This document shows positions 37,896 to 47,740 of a stretch of 64,000 bases of DNA, piece after piece. Position 1 is the stretch's first letter. Each line of letters opens with the position of its first letter. The position numbers and the translations under genes are program-made. Source of the DNA: an uncultured Eggerthellaceae bacterium (lineage in GTDB: Bacteria; Actinomycetota; Coriobacteriia; Coriobacteriales; Eggerthellaceae); assembly GCA_910588945.1 (NCBI GenBank), contig CAJUSF010000066.1:5785-69784 (forward strand). The letters are read 5' to 3'. The notes beneath the pieces were generated by a model, which was given only the letters and a program-made list of their open reading frames with translations, was not told where the DNA came from and searched no databases.

Positions 37896-38402
37896 CTAGC
37901 GCCAGCAACCCTGACCATGACCATGTCCGTAACCTTGCCCGTAGCCGTGATGGCCGTAGCCCTGTCCATATCCTTGGCCATTGCCTTGGCCATTGCCTTG
38001 GCCAGTACCCTGACCGCCACCTTGGCCGTAACTCTGGCCATTGCCTTGGCCATAGCCCTGGCCGTTTCCGGGCTGCACGCCATCGACATAATGATCGCAG
38101 ATGCCGTCACCATTCGCATCGGAGTATCCGGGGCATCCCTCGAAGTTGCAATAAGGCGTTGTGGATCTCGCGTTACCATTGGCTTCAGCGCCGTTTTGCG
38201 AAGAAGCAGCGTTTTCGGCAAGAAGCTGAGCAACGGAATCGAACTCGTACACTCTTGATGAGCAGTCATTGATAAGCTCTGAAATAGCGCAAGCGAGTTC
38301 GCAGCCCATAGCGTTGACGCAGTTGGCTGGTCTGGCAAAAGCAGGCACAGACACCATTGCGCTTAGAGCCGCAGCCAAAAGAACGATCATCGCCTTCTTC
38401 AT
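37896..38402 (-). CDS. secreted Cys-containing protein with a C-terminal Gly/Gln/Asn/Tyr/His repeat tail
   Basis: ORF 37896..38456. The ATG at 38402 follows GCGGAGG. Signal peptide MKKAMIVLLAAALSAMVSVPAFA. Eight Cys residues. DANGDGICDHYVDG motif. Tail GNGQGYGQGNGQSYGQGGGQGTGQGNGQGNGQGYGQGYGHHGYGQGYGHGHGQGCWR. Confidence 0.7.
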   Translation of the reverse strand: MKKAMIVLLAAALSAMVSVPAFARPANCVNAMGCELACAISELINDCSSRVYEFDSVAQLLAENAASSQNGAEANGNARSTTPYCNFEGCPGYSDANGDGICDHYVDGVQPGNGQGYGQGNGQSYGQGGGQGTGQGNGQGNGQGYGQGYGHHGYGQGYGHGHGQGCWR

Positions 38403-38588
38403 AGGATCAACCTCCGCAAGAATCTCTCTTGATACCGTTTCGGCTGTCTTCGCCATCTAGCGATATTTGCCGAGCCTCGTTCTTGAGGGGCATTATACCT
38501 GATAGAGACGCACTTTTATAGCCCATACGCGCACAATCATGATATCCATACGGATACGGATAGAAACGACCGAAACCTCGGCGAATTG

Positions 38589-40031
38589 CTAGTCGATCGA
38601 CAGGTTCTCCACCTCCGCCTCAAGTGGCAGCGGCGGATCGCCCGGACCCTCACTATCAGAGGCGGTAGTCCCCCAAGAATCCTCGTAGCCGGGCAACACG
38701 ATATTCAAAACGATCCCCACGATCGAGCCGATCGCAAGGCCTGAAAGCGAAATGCTGATGCCACCGATCGGCACTACAACAGCCCCGGCGGTGCTATATG
38801 CGATGCCAAGCGAAAGCACGAGAATGAGCGCCGTGATCAGGATGTTTCTACTCTTCATGAAATCGACGTGGTTCTCGACAAGGTTGCGGATGCCGACGCT
38901 GGAGATCATTCCGTAGAGCACGAGCGAAACACCGCCGATAACGCAGGCAGGCATGACAGCAATGACAGCGGCGAATTTCGGACAGAACGAGAACACGATG
39001 GCGAACAACGCCGCAATGCGAACGACCCTCGGGTCGAACACGCGCGTCAGAGCAAGAACGCCTGTGTTTTCACCATACGTCGTATTGGCGGGCGCGCCAA
39101 AAAGCGACGCGATCATCGTGGCGAAGCCGTCGCCTAAAAGCGTACGATGCAGTCCAGGCGATACCAAAAAGTTGCGGTTACACGTGGAACTGATAGCGGA
39201 AATGTCGCCGATGTGCTCGATCATAGTAGCGAACGCGAGCGGCATGATCGTGATTATCGCCGTGATGGCAAGACCGGTGTCAAATCCCGGACCGAATAAA
39301 GAAAACACGGTATCCGACCAGATGACGGGAAGACCGATCCAGTCAGCCTGCGCTACCGGCTCGAAGTCAACGACTCCGGCAAAAGCGGCGACCACGTAAG
39401 AGCCGATCACGCCGAGCAAAATCGGGATGATGCGGATCATTCCCCGCCCCCAAATGTTCGCGATGACGATTATCGCGATAGCCACGATGGCGATCGGCCA
39501 GTTGGTCTCGCAATTGGCGATGGCAGAGCTCGCAAGGATCAGCCCGATGCAAATTACAATGGGGCCGGTAACCACAGGCGGGAAGAATCTCATCACGCGT
39601 TCGGTGCCGAAAACGCGGAAGAGGGCCGATAGCAGCAGGTATAGCAGGCCTGAGCAGGCAACGCCTAGACAAGCATACGGAAGCAGCTCAGCTTCACCAT
39701 TCGGAGCGATCGCAGCGTATCCCGCGATGAACGCGAACGAAGAGCCAAGAAACGCCGGCACCTTCCCTTTGGTGATCAGATGGAACAGCAGCGTTCCAAG
39801 TCCAGCGAAAAGAAGCGTCGCCGAAACGGAAAGTCCGGTGAGCGTCGGAACAAGAATAGTTGCCCCGAACATGGCGAACATATGCTGCAACCCGAAAAGT
39901 GCCATTTTCGGTGCGCCGAGCTTGCGTGCATCGTAGACGGCATCCTTGGAATCTACGGCGCCCATCGTAGGGCAGTCGGACTTGGTTTCAAGATCGGTGC
40001 TAGCACTCGCGCTCTTCGATTCGGTCGACAT
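38589..40031 (-). CDS. NCS2-family nucleobase permease (uracil/xanthine permease-like)
   Basis: 480 aa with ~13 TM segments. Blocks LQHMFAMFGATILVP and NTTYGENTGVLALTRV are typical of UraA/PyrP/PbuX-type carriers. Confidence 0.85.
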   Translation of the reverse strand: MSTESKSASASTDLETKSDCPTMGAVDSKDAVYDARKLGAPKMALFGLQHMFAMFGATILVPTLTGLSVSATLLFAGLGTLLFHLITKGKVPAFLGSSFAFIAGYAAIAPNGEAELLPYACLGVACSGLLYLLLSALFRVFGTERVMRFFPPVVTGPIVICIGLILASSAIANCETNWPIAIVAIAIIVIANIWGRGMIRIIPILLGVIGSYVVAAFAGVVDFEPVAQADWIGLPVIWSDTVFSLFGPGFDTGLAITAIITIMPLAFATMIEHIGDISAISSTCNRNFLVSPGLHRTLLGDGFATMIASLFGAPANTTYGENTGVLALTRVFDPRVVRIAALFAIVFSFCPKFAAVIAVMPACVIGGVSLVLYGMISSVGIRNLVENHVDFMKSRNILITALILVLSLGIAYSTAGAVVVPIGGISISLSGLAIGSIVGIVLNIVLPGYEDSWGTTASDSEGPGDPPLPLEAEVENLSID

Positions 40032-40458
40032 GGTGCTCCTCGCTTTTGAGTGTGTTTCTCACAGATAGCTACATTGTATGCCATCCCACGGCGCAAGCCG
40101 CTGCGAAACATCTCGGTAAAGGCTATTCGATCGCACTTTTTCGCTTGCAGGAGAACGCTTACAAAAAACGCTGAGTTCACATTCGCAAGCGCATTTATAC
40201 GAACGTAAAGCGCTCAGCAAGTCCATGCAAACAACGCAAACGCAAGCCTGCACAAACAGGTCGACGAACTCAGATGTCGCACAATCCACAAAATCGCGGT
40301 TAGCCAGACGTAGTCTTGGGAGGCGCTTGCAAGCAATTGATAGATGCTTGGACGACACCTGACGGGGATACCTGGCGGGCTTAGATGAGCGCCTGGCAGA
40401 GGCTTGATAAAGACCTGACAAAGGTCTGGCAGAGGCCCAGCAGGGGCCCGACAGGGGC

Positions 40459-40487
40459 TTGACAGATATACCCCCTAGGGGTATATT
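40459..40487 (+). promoter_or_regulatory. csoR-copA promoter with an overlapping CsoR-type operator
   Basis: TTGACA (40459-40464), a 17-nt spacer, then TATATT (40482-40487). The inverted arms ATATACCCC / GGGGTATAT (40466-40486, 3-nt centre) resemble known CsoR boxes (TACCC..GGGTA). Confidence 0.7.
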
Positions 40488-40526
40488 CGCGAAAATGAAA
40501 CTGAGCAACGCAAACGGAGCGTAGAC

Positions 40527-40916
40527 ATGAAAAAGAATACAGATACCGAAGCGGCGGACATGAGCGCACCAACAACCGAAACCTCAGACAGCGCGGTGGA
40601 CGCTTCATCGTCAAACCGACAGACAGCCGGGTGTTGTCATCAAAAATCAACTCCTCGAAGCGCCGAGCTTCAAAACGATGTCCAGAAACGCATCAATAAA
40701 GCGATCGGCCAGCTCAACGGCGTAAAAGCAATGCTCGACGAAAACCGATATTGCGGCGATGTCCTCACCCAACTCTCCGCTGCGGAAAGCGCCGTGCGCC
40801 GCATCTCCGAGATACTTCTGGCCGAGCATATGCAGACATGCGTGGTCGAGGAAATCCGCAAGGGCAACGACGAAGTCGTGGATGAGGCAATGACGCTCAT
40901 CCGTCGCTTCATGTGA
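40527..40916 (+). CDS. csoR: CsoR/RcnR-family metal-sensing transcriptional repressor
   Basis: 129 aa. RINKAIGQLNGVKAMLDENRYCGDVLTQLSAAESAVRRISEILLAEHMQTC contains the conserved Cys-His-Cys ligand pattern of the family. It lies directly upstream of copA. Confidence 0.85.
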   Translation: MKKNTDTEAADMSAPTTETSDSAVDASSSNRQTAGCCHQKSTPRSAELQNDVQKRINKAIGQLNGVKAMLDENRYCGDVLTQLSAAESAVRRISEILLAEHMQTCVVEEIRKGNDEVVDEAMTLIRRFM

Positions 40917-40934
40917 TCTCATAGAAATGGATAG

Positions 40935-43685
40935 ATGATGAAAGAAAGACTTGCAATAGCCGTCATGCATTGCGAGAAATGCGTGGCCAATGTAACGAAG
41001 CATTTTGCCGAGATAAACGGCGTGGACTCGGTTCACGTCGATCTGGATGGTCAATGGGCGGATGTGTCCTTCGATCCGGATAAGGTGACGATGGACATGC
41101 TGCTCCACGCGCTTGATGATACGAACTTCAAAGTGGCCCCGATGCCCGAATCCGGCCGCCATCCGTTTGCAGATGCAATCGCTGAAGACGCCAAAAAGAA
41201 AGCAGAGAAAGCTACTGCGGTTGCGAAAAAGGAAGCCGCAGATGCAACCGAGACGGCAGGCGAAGAAACGATTGCAGAAAATCCCGGCGACGACGAGGAT
41301 GCTTCTGTGCCAGCCGAAGCCACGATCCGCCTTGCGATCGAAGGCATGCACTGCGCCAACTGCGCGGCTTCGATCGAGAGTCACTACAAAAAGACACCGG
41401 GCGTGATAGATGTTGCCGTCAACCTTGCGAACAACACAGGCAAGGTAACCTTCGATCCGGCGCAAGCCAGTGTAGATGACATGCTGCGCGTGTTCGACGA
41501 TCTCGCGTTTTCCGCGGAAATCATCCCAGAGGACGCTCCTCTTGTGGACGAGAAGCGTCGCGCGAAAGAAGCTGCCCGCACCAAGCATGACCTGCATGTT
41601 TTCATCGTTTCCGCTGCGCTTACCGTACTGATCGTGTGCATCGGAATGCTTCCGGGCTGGCATATGGCCACAGGTGAGGCCCTAGCAGGTCTTTTCGTGG
41701 ATGGCCCCACGCACGTGCAGGCGATGTTCGCCGCAAACATCCTGCTTCTCGCGCTCACCATCCCGGTTCAGTTCGGCTGCGGGATCCGCTTTTACAAAGG
41801 CGCTATCGGTTCGCTCAAAGGCGGCTCAGCCAATATGGATGTACTCGTTGCGCTTGGCACGACGATCGCGTTTCTCTTTTCGCTGTGGATCACGTTCCTG
41901 CCTGTAGTGCGTGGCGACTGGACGAGCCGCGAATCGCTTGCTATCAACGACGGTATGCCGTACTTCGAAACGTGCGCGATGCTCATAACCTTTGTCCTGC
42001 TCGGCAAAATGCTTGAAAGCCGCGCGAAAGGGGCTACGAATCAAGCGATCGAATCATTGATGAATCTAACGCCGCCCACAGCATGCGTGATGCGCGGCGG
42101 ACAGGAGCACGAAGTTCCGCTCGCACAGGTTGTAACAGGTGATACCGTGATCGTGCGTCCCGGCGAGAAGATGCCTGTCGATGGCGTGGTCACACAAGGC
42201 GCTACCGAAGTGGACGAATCCATGCTCACAGGAGAGACGCTTCCCGTGGCGAAAGCGGTCGGAGACGCGGTAACAGGCGGAACGCAGAACACAACAGGCT
42301 CGGTGACTGTGCGCGCTCTGCGCGTAGGCGCCGACTCTACACTCGCTCGCATCGTGCGTGCCGTAGAGAATGCACAAGGCACCAAAGCCCCCATTCAGCG
42401 TATCGCCGATCGCATTGCCGCCATTTTCGTTCCGGTTATCTTGATCATCGCGGCCATCACGTTTTGCGCATGGTTCCTCTTCGTGCCGCCGGAGGGCGCA
42501 AATACCCTGCTCACCCAGTCGCTCATGCCTGCGATCGCTGTCATCTGCGTGGCATGCCCCTGCGCGCTGGGACTAGCCACACCAACGGCTTTGACCGTCG
42601 GCATGGGGAAAGGCGCCCAGCTAGGTGTACTGATCAAAGACGGCACCGTGCTTGAGACCATGGGCGGTCTAAGAGCCACAGTCTTCGATAAGACAGGCAC
42701 GCTGACGATCGGCAAACCGACTGTGATCGCATGTGATCTCGACGACGAGGCGCTCATGCTCGCAGCAGCGCTGGAGGCGAAAAGCGAGCATCCCCTTGCA
42801 CGCGCCGTTGTGGCGTATGCTGCCGATCGTGGGATCGAGAATCTATCGGAAGTGAGCGATTTCGAGGCGATCGTGGGCATTGGTATCCGCGGGGTCGTAG
42901 CTGGACGCGATGTAGCTGTGGGCGCGTTCGACGCGAAAGACTCAAGCACGGCCGTTGACGCCGATGCGGGTGCGGATACAGCGTCGGGATCGTTCGTGAA
43001 GATCGATGGTGCGCTTGTAGGCTCGCTTAGATTCAAAGATGAGCCGAAGGCGGATGCTGCCTCGACGATCTCCACGCTTGCGCGTGATTTCGGCGTGAGC
43101 TCATATATGGTCACAGGAGACAACGCCGCAACGGCGGGCATCATCGCCCGCGAGGTAGGGATCGATCCCGATCATGTGTTCGCACGCGTAAAGCCGCTCG
43201 AAAAAGCCGATCGCGTACGCGATGTCGTTGCAGCCGAGGGCGTGAAAACGATCGAGCAAAACGTTGACGGCAGCGCCGAAGTCGCAGCTACAGGCGCTGC
43301 AGGCAAGAAGGATCACGCCGGAGATCGCAAGGAAAAGCCTAGGGCGACGGTAGCGTTTGTAGGCGATGGTATCAACGATGCGCCGGCGCTTGCCGCAGCT
43401 GATATCGGAGTTGCGATGGCATCCGGCACCGATGTGGCGCTCGATGCGGGCTCGGTCGTGCTCATGCGAAACAACCTGTCCGACCTTATCGTTGCACTTC
43501 GCCTCTCAAAGGCCACAATGCGCAAGATCAAGCAGAATCTCTTCTGGGCGCTCATCTATAACTGCATCATGATCCCGCTTGCCGCAGTCGGCATCTTGGC
43601 ACCAGCGCTGGCTGGCGCCGCCATGGCACTCTCAAGCGTGTCGGTGGTCAGCAACTCGCTTCTGCTGAAACGCTTCCGCGCGTAA
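40935..43685 (+). CDS. copA: copper-translocating P1B-type ATPase with two N-terminal HMA domains
   Basis: MHCEKC and MHCANC CxxC metal-binding domains. TGE (MLTGETLPV), CPC ([12 protein letters not shown]), DKTGTLT and GDGINDAP. Confidence 0.95.
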   Translation: MMKERLAIAVMHCEKCVANVTKHFAEINGVDSVHVDLDGQWADVSFDPDKVTMDMLLHALDDTNFKVAPMPESGRHPFADAIAEDAKKKAEKATAVAKKEAADATETAGEETIAENPGDDEDASVPAEATIRLAIEGMHCANCAASIESHYKKTPGVIDVAVNLANNTGKVTFDPAQASVDDMLRVFDDLAFSAEIIPEDAPLVDEKRRAKEAARTKHDLHVFIVSAALTVLIVCIGMLPGWHMATGEALAGLFVDGPTHVQAMFAANILLLALTIPVQFGCGIRFYKGAIGSLKGGSANMDVLVALGTTIAFLFSLWITFLPVVRGDWTSRESLAINDGMPYFETCAMLITFVLLGKMLESRAKGATNQAIESLMNLTPPTACVMRGGQEHEVPLAQVVTGDTVIVRPGEKMPVDGVVTQGATEVDESMLTGETLPVAKAVGDAVTGGTQNTTGSVTVRALRVGADSTLARIVRAVENAQGTKAPIQRIADRIAAIFVPVILIIAAITFCAWFLFVPPEGANTLLTQSLMPAIAVICVACPCALGLATPTALTVGMGKGAQLGVLIKDGTVLETMGGLRATVFDKTGTLTIGKPTVIACDLDDEALMLAAALEAKSEHPLARAVVAYAADRGIENLSEVSDFEAIVGIGIRGVVAGRDVAVGAFDAKDSSTAVDADAGADTASGSFVKIDGALVGSLRFKDEPKADAASTISTLARDFGVSSYMVTGDNAATAGIIAREVGIDPDHVFARVKPLEKADRVRDVVAAEGVKTIEQNVDGSAEVAATGAAGKKDHAGDRKEKPRATVAFVGDGINDAPALAAADIGVAMASGTDVALDAGSVVLMRNNLSDLIVALRLSKATMRKIKQNLFWALIYNCIMIPLAAVGILAPALAGAAMALSSVSVVSNSLLLKRFRA

Positions 43686-43706
43686 TCGCTTTCACTACAG
43701 GTCGAC

Positions 43707-43748
43707 CGTAGGTTCGCATCTGTTCTTGATGTGCACATCTGCTTTTTT
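43707..43748 (+). terminator. REP-derived hairpin plus T-run after copA
   Basis: GTAGGTTCGCATC-TGTTCTT-GATGTGCAC, followed by ATCTGCTTTTTTT. It begins 22 nt after the copA stop. Confidence 0.55.
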
Positions 43749-44056
43749 TGATGACACAGGACAGGGATAACGTTATCAAAACGGATAAACTCGGCCCGAT
43801 ACATCCCTTTTCGTATTTGACGTTTACCCTTGATGCTTCGCATCAGCGGTCAACTCCTTCATGCATTTATATAAGCTTCCTTACGAAAGCTATTAATAGT
43901 TTGTGTTCAGAGCAAATCGAAAAGGGATGCATCGGGCCATATGCTTGTCTGTCGGTGTGTGGTTTGGGACGTTCCTAAACCACGCAAACCACATGCACAT
44001 GGAGAGCGCGCATGACACACATCGCTTGCTTCGCGATATTCGCAAGAAGAGAGGGC

Positions 44057-44533
44057 TTATTTAGTTTCGTGCGACTTGTCTCCTCCCCTCCACCTATCCA
44101 AATGCGGAAGCAATGTCGCCATAAGAGACACCGCTTCTTCCCTAGAAACACCCAATGCATCTGCCTCAAGCTGGGCCGTAGCCTCGATAAACTCGTCCAT
44201 ATCCACGTCTTTGGCAGTGAAATCTCCGTTCTGATAGCACCATTTACAGTAGTGCTCGCTTGTTGAGCCATCCGCCTCTGTTCCGTGTAAAGTCGGGTCT
44301 GGAATTGGCATTGAACAGCACTGACAGTAGTAATCAAGCGGCATGTCAAAAAAACGTTCAAGCGGAACGCTGTATGTGACGCAAATCAGCTTCACCATAT
44401 CAATACTTGGCGAAGTCTCACCCGTTTCCCAACGCGACACAGCCTGCCGCGTGACAAAGAGATCCTTTGCCATTTGCTGCTGTGTAATGCCTTTTTCTTT
44501 ACGAATCTTTGTGATCGTTTCATTCATTGCCAT
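44057..44533 (-). CDS. XRE-family HTH protein with a C-terminal zinc-ribbon-like domain
   Basis: ORF 44057..44551. The ATG at 44533 follows AAGGAG. HTH ITQQQMAKDLFVTRQAVSRWETGETSPS. CQCC..HYCKWC Cys pairs. Confidence 0.8.
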   Translation of the reverse strand: MAMNETITKIRKEKGITQQQMAKDLFVTRQAVSRWETGETSPSIDMVKLICVTYSVPLERFFDMPLDYYCQCCSMPIPDPTLHGTEADGSTSEHYCKWCYQNGDFTAKDVDMDEFIEATAQLEADALGVSREEAVSLMATLLPHLDRWRGGDKSHETK

Positions 44534-44958
44534 GATTGGCTCCTTGCCCAAAATGCCCGAATTGATTTCACTAAAAGTGATTGTCTGCTACAACAACGGC
44601 TAATTCAAGCAACATTCAGTTGCTTTTCATCAAGACTATACACAACGAAACGAGGGGCTCTACTTCGAGCTTCTGTGCGATAGAAAACCGACAGACAACT
44701 AATACTTTAGCGTCATTATTAGTGTCTCTTTAGTATTGTGATGTTAAGCCATGCGTCGGTCATTGCCTTTCCATGCCTTTATTTCACGCGTATGATAATT
44801 TGGTTGCTTTTTGTCAAACACGCCGGATGAATAGCACGCTTAGCATATAATGCATGAATCCAATTCGTTTTGGATCTGCGATCGCCGCTCAAAGAATCTG
44901 AAACCTCAAAGATCGGCACTCGATTCCCAAAGCGTAAATTCTAGTGATAGGCGCCAAT

Positions 44959-45642
44959 ATGGACAACGCTCAAAGCGACGGCGGCCTCGGAGTTGCCTCC
45001 AAGAAGCGCAATGTGCGCGAATACACTCTCGGCGAAGAGATTGCCAACTCAATCACGCATGGAATCGGAGCTGGCCTGGCGATTGCAGCTTTGGTGCTTC
45101 TAATCGTGAAGTCCGTATTCGACGGCGGCGGTATCTATCTTGCTGCAGCCTTGATATACGGGATCTGTCTGCTTATCGAATACCTGATGTCGACGCTTTA
45201 TCATGCCCTTGCGCCTGAAGGAGCCAAGCGCGTGTTCAAGGTGCTCGATCACAGCTGCATCTATCTCCTGATCGCAGGCACATACACCCCTTACTGCCTG
45301 ATAACGCTTGAGCCAAGTGGTGGCTTCTGGTTATTTATTGCCATATGGGTGATGGCGCTCATCGGCGTTGCGTGCGAAGCGTTTTGGACTTTCCGCCCGA
45401 GATGGGTATCAGCTGCAATCTATGTGATAATGGGCTGGTGTATCGTGGCGTTTCTTCCTGCACTGTTCTCGAACATGGACGCCGTCGGGTTCTGGCTGTT
45501 GCTATCCGGCGGCCTTAGCTACACGGTGGGCGCAGTGTTCTATATCTTCAAAAAGGTAAAGTTCATGCACTCGATCTTCCATCTGTTCGTACTCGCAGGT
45601 TCGATCCTGCAATTCTTCTCGATATATTTCTTTGTGATCTAG
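44959..45642 (+). CDS. hemolysin III / PAQR family membrane protein
   Basis: Seven TM segments. Motifs NSITHGIG, STLYHAL and LDHSCIYLLIAGTYTP are typical of HlyIII/YqfA proteins. The start could be the GTG at 44944. Confidence 0.9.
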   Translation: MDNAQSDGGLGVASKKRNVREYTLGEEIANSITHGIGAGLAIAALVLLIVKSVFDGGGIYLAAALIYGICLLIEYLMSTLYHALAPEGAKRVFKVLDHSCIYLLIAGTYTPYCLITLEPSGGFWLFIAIWVMALIGVACEAFWTFRPRWVSAAIYVIMGWCIVAFLPALFSNMDAVGFWLLLSGGLSYTVGAVFYIFKKVKFMHSIFHLFVLAGSILQFFSIYFFVI

Positions 45643-45772
45643 CTTGTGATCCGGCATCGAATCTTGCTCAAACGCGCAAAGGCAGGGTCGGCCCATTTTG
45701 ACATACGCGCCTTCGATGCAGCGCTCGGTCGCACTATAATCGATCCAACAGAAACATCGAGAGGAGACGAAA

Positions 45773-46315
45773 ATGTCCAAGAAAATCGCAGTGGTTCACT
45801 GCAGCCCGCGCACCGGCGGCAACTCAAGCATGCTGGCCGACGAGTTCATTCGAGGCGCAGAAGAGTCCGGCAATGAGGTCATTCGAATGGATGTGGGTCG
45901 CCTAAATATCCGTGGATGCATGGCTTGCGAATACTGCATCGCACACGAGGGAAAGTGCGTCCAAGACGACGACATGCAGCAGTTCTACCCAGCACTTCGT
46001 GAGGTCGACGTGCTTGTCTACGCAACACCGATGTACTTCTACAACCTCCCTGCGCAAATGAGAGCGTTTGAGGATCGCACATTTTGCCAGATTGGAAAGC
46101 CGTTCAACATCAAGCAGACTGCGCTGTTGCTGTGTTTTGAGGACAGCGACATCTCGACGGCCGATTCCGCTATCGGCACATTTCGCCAGTGTGCGAGCTA
46201 TTGCAAGCGCGAAGTGATCGGCGAGGTCGTGGTGAACAACGTTTACGAGAAAGGCGCGATTGCAGGGAACGTCGGTCTAGAAGAGGCCTACAAGCTCGGA
46301 CGCTCCATAGATTAA
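45773..46315 (+). CDS. flavodoxin-like NADPH-dependent FMN reductase, iron-sulfur flavoprotein (Isf)-like
   Basis: VVHCSPRTGGNSS FMN-binding loop. The compact Cys motif CMACEYCIAHEGKC (Cx2Cx2Cx5C) is as in Isf proteins. Confidence 0.8.
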   Translation: MSKKIAVVHCSPRTGGNSSMLADEFIRGAEESGNEVIRMDVGRLNIRGCMACEYCIAHEGKCVQDDDMQQFYPALREVDVLVYATPMYFYNLPAQMRAFEDRTFCQIGKPFNIKQTALLLCFEDSDISTADSAIGTFRQCASYCKREVIGEVVVNNVYEKGAIAGNVGLEEAYKLGRSID

Positions 46316-46435
46316 AGGAGTCAGAACTGAATCAGGGGGAGCGGCTCTCTTGACTCATTCTAGCCGGAGTGTCAGTCGAGAGAAACTGGGTCCACCCTCC
46401 CCCGACTCGGTCGCAAAATGTGGTCTAATGAAATC

Positions 46436-47338
46436 ATGCAGATCGAACGCATACATACACTCGACGATCCGCGGCTTGAGGTCTTCACAGGGCTTACCGA
46501 TCCGCGGTTGCGCAATAGACTCGAACCCGAAAAAGGCATCTTCATTGCCGAATCTGAAAAGGTCATCAAGCGTGCACTTGCAGCAAGTTGCACGCCTATC
46601 TCCTTTTTAATGGAGGAAAAATGGCTTGCCGGGCTGCAGAATGCGATCGCTGATGCCACAGAAAAAGCCGCCTCAACAAATGCACCATCGTCCCCATCTG
46701 TAACCATTTTCATTGCAGCACGAACGGACATGGAGCGTCTCACCGGCTATGACGTAACACGCGGAGCACTAGCCGCATTTAGGCGCTCACCTCTGCCTAC
46801 GATCGAACAGGTGTGCAAGAACGCACGTCGCATCGCCGTGCTTGAGGACATCACGAATACGGTGAACATCGGCTCGATATTTCGCGCTGCGGCAGCCCTC
46901 GGCATCGATGCGGTGCTCTTGACTCCGGGATGCTGCGACCCACTTTATCGGCGCGCGTTGCGAGTATCAATGGGAAATGCGCTCAAGATTCCTTGGACAT
47001 ATATCGGAGAAGATGTGAAAGAAGCGTCCGCTCATGGCAATGTTGCCCGAGCAGGCGGCTGGTGTGAAACGGGAATGAAACAGTTGCAGCAGCTTGGCTT
47101 TCAAACGGTCGCACTCGCGCTCAGAGATGACAGCGTCGATCTGGACGATCCCGCGCTAAAATCCTGCGACAAGTTGGCGATCGTGCTGGGGACAGAGGGC
47201 GAAGGGCTATCGGATCGCACTATCGCAGAGTGCGACTTCGTGGCGCGCATACCCATGAAGCATGACGTCGATTCGCTCAACGTTGCTGCTGCGAGCGCCG
47301 TGGCCTTCTGGGAACTGCGAGACAGATGCCACGCGTGA
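46436..47338 (+). CDS. TrmH/SpoU-family RNA 2'-O-methyltransferase
   Basis: ORF 46418..47338, taking the ATG at 46436. Motifs NIGSIFRAAAALG, LAIVLGTEGEGLS and IPMKHDVDSLNVAAASAVAFWE. Confidence 0.85.
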   Translation: MQIERIHTLDDPRLEVFTGLTDPRLRNRLEPEKGIFIAESEKVIKRALAASCTPISFLMEEKWLAGLQNAIADATEKAASTNAPSSPSVTIFIAARTDMERLTGYDVTRGALAAFRRSPLPTIEQVCKNARRIAVLEDITNTVNIGSIFRAAAALGIDAVLLTPGCCDPLYRRALRVSMGNALKIPWTYIGEDVKEASAHGNVARAGGWCETGMKQLQQLGFQTVALALRDDSVDLDDPALKSCDKLAIVLGTEGEGLSDRTIAECDFVARIPMKHDVDSLNVAAASAVAFWELRDRCHA

Positions 47339-47383
47339 CACCTTCCGCACTCCCAAACGACCTAGCCCTGTTATCGCAAAACG

Positions 47384-47578
47384 TTAGTTTGCGCTGAAAA
47401 AGCCCTTGAAAAAGCCGCGGATCTTAGATGCGCTATCCGCTCCTTCGCTATAGCTCCCTGCGCCTTGACCGATAGCCTCGGTCATGTATTCCGGCTGATG
47501 AGCCTCCACGCCACGACCGACATGCTGGTTGATCTCCCAAGCATTCGCCTTTGCAGCAATCAAATACGCATTCATCAT
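47384..47578 (-). CDS. small hypothetical protein (64 aa)
   Basis: AAGGAAGAAGGGG RBS before the ATG at 47578. The C-terminal tail KIRGFFKGFFSAN is amphipathic. No family recognised. Confidence 0.4.
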   Translation of the reverse strand: MMNAYLIAAKANAWEINQHVGRGVEAHQPEYMTEAIGQGAGSYSEGADSASKIRGFFKGFFSAN

Positions 47579-47740
47579 TGCCCCTTCTTCCTTTTGATAC
47601 TACGTTGGCTCCAAAAAATGATGAATGCAAAGACTACCACTTTTGTCGAAGCGAATGAACCCCTGATTTTCAGAAAGACTACAATTTACAAACGCGAAAC
47701 AAACCGCGATCAAATACCGAAGCTCTTTTCTCTACTCTGA

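Noticed and set aside
37960-38060. Possible CRISPR-like periodicity. The same question applies to the repeats at 40358-40467 and to the REP arrays.
   Set aside because: The units are 10-23 nt long, degenerate and irregularly spaced. They are either coding or palindromic with a GTAG head. There is no 25-40-nt repeat with unique spacers of similar size, and no cas genes are present.
37890-38258. 122-aa plus-strand ORF encoding LAIALAIALA repeats.
   Set aside because: It is the mirror image of the Gly/Gln repeat coding region. The minus-strand ORF has a signal peptide and a GGAGG RBS, and this one has neither.
40059-40508. 149-aa minus-strand ORF across the repeat-rich csoR upstream region.
   Set aside because: Its repetitive peptide (..PLSGPCWASARPLSGLYQASARR..) simply reflects the DNA repeats. 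It has no RBS, and it overlaps the cop promoter and operator.
40647-41663. 338-aa minus-strand ORF overlapping csoR and the 5' part of copA.
   Set aside because: It lies entirely antisense to genes with unmistakable CsoR and P-type ATPase motifs. Its Arg/His/Cys-rich composition is typical of antisense frames. It has no RBS.
42395-43144. 249-aa minus-strand ORF inside copA.
   Set aside because: It is antisense to the conserved DKTGTLT/HAD region of copA. It is Ala/Ser/Pro-rich and low-complexity, with no independent support.
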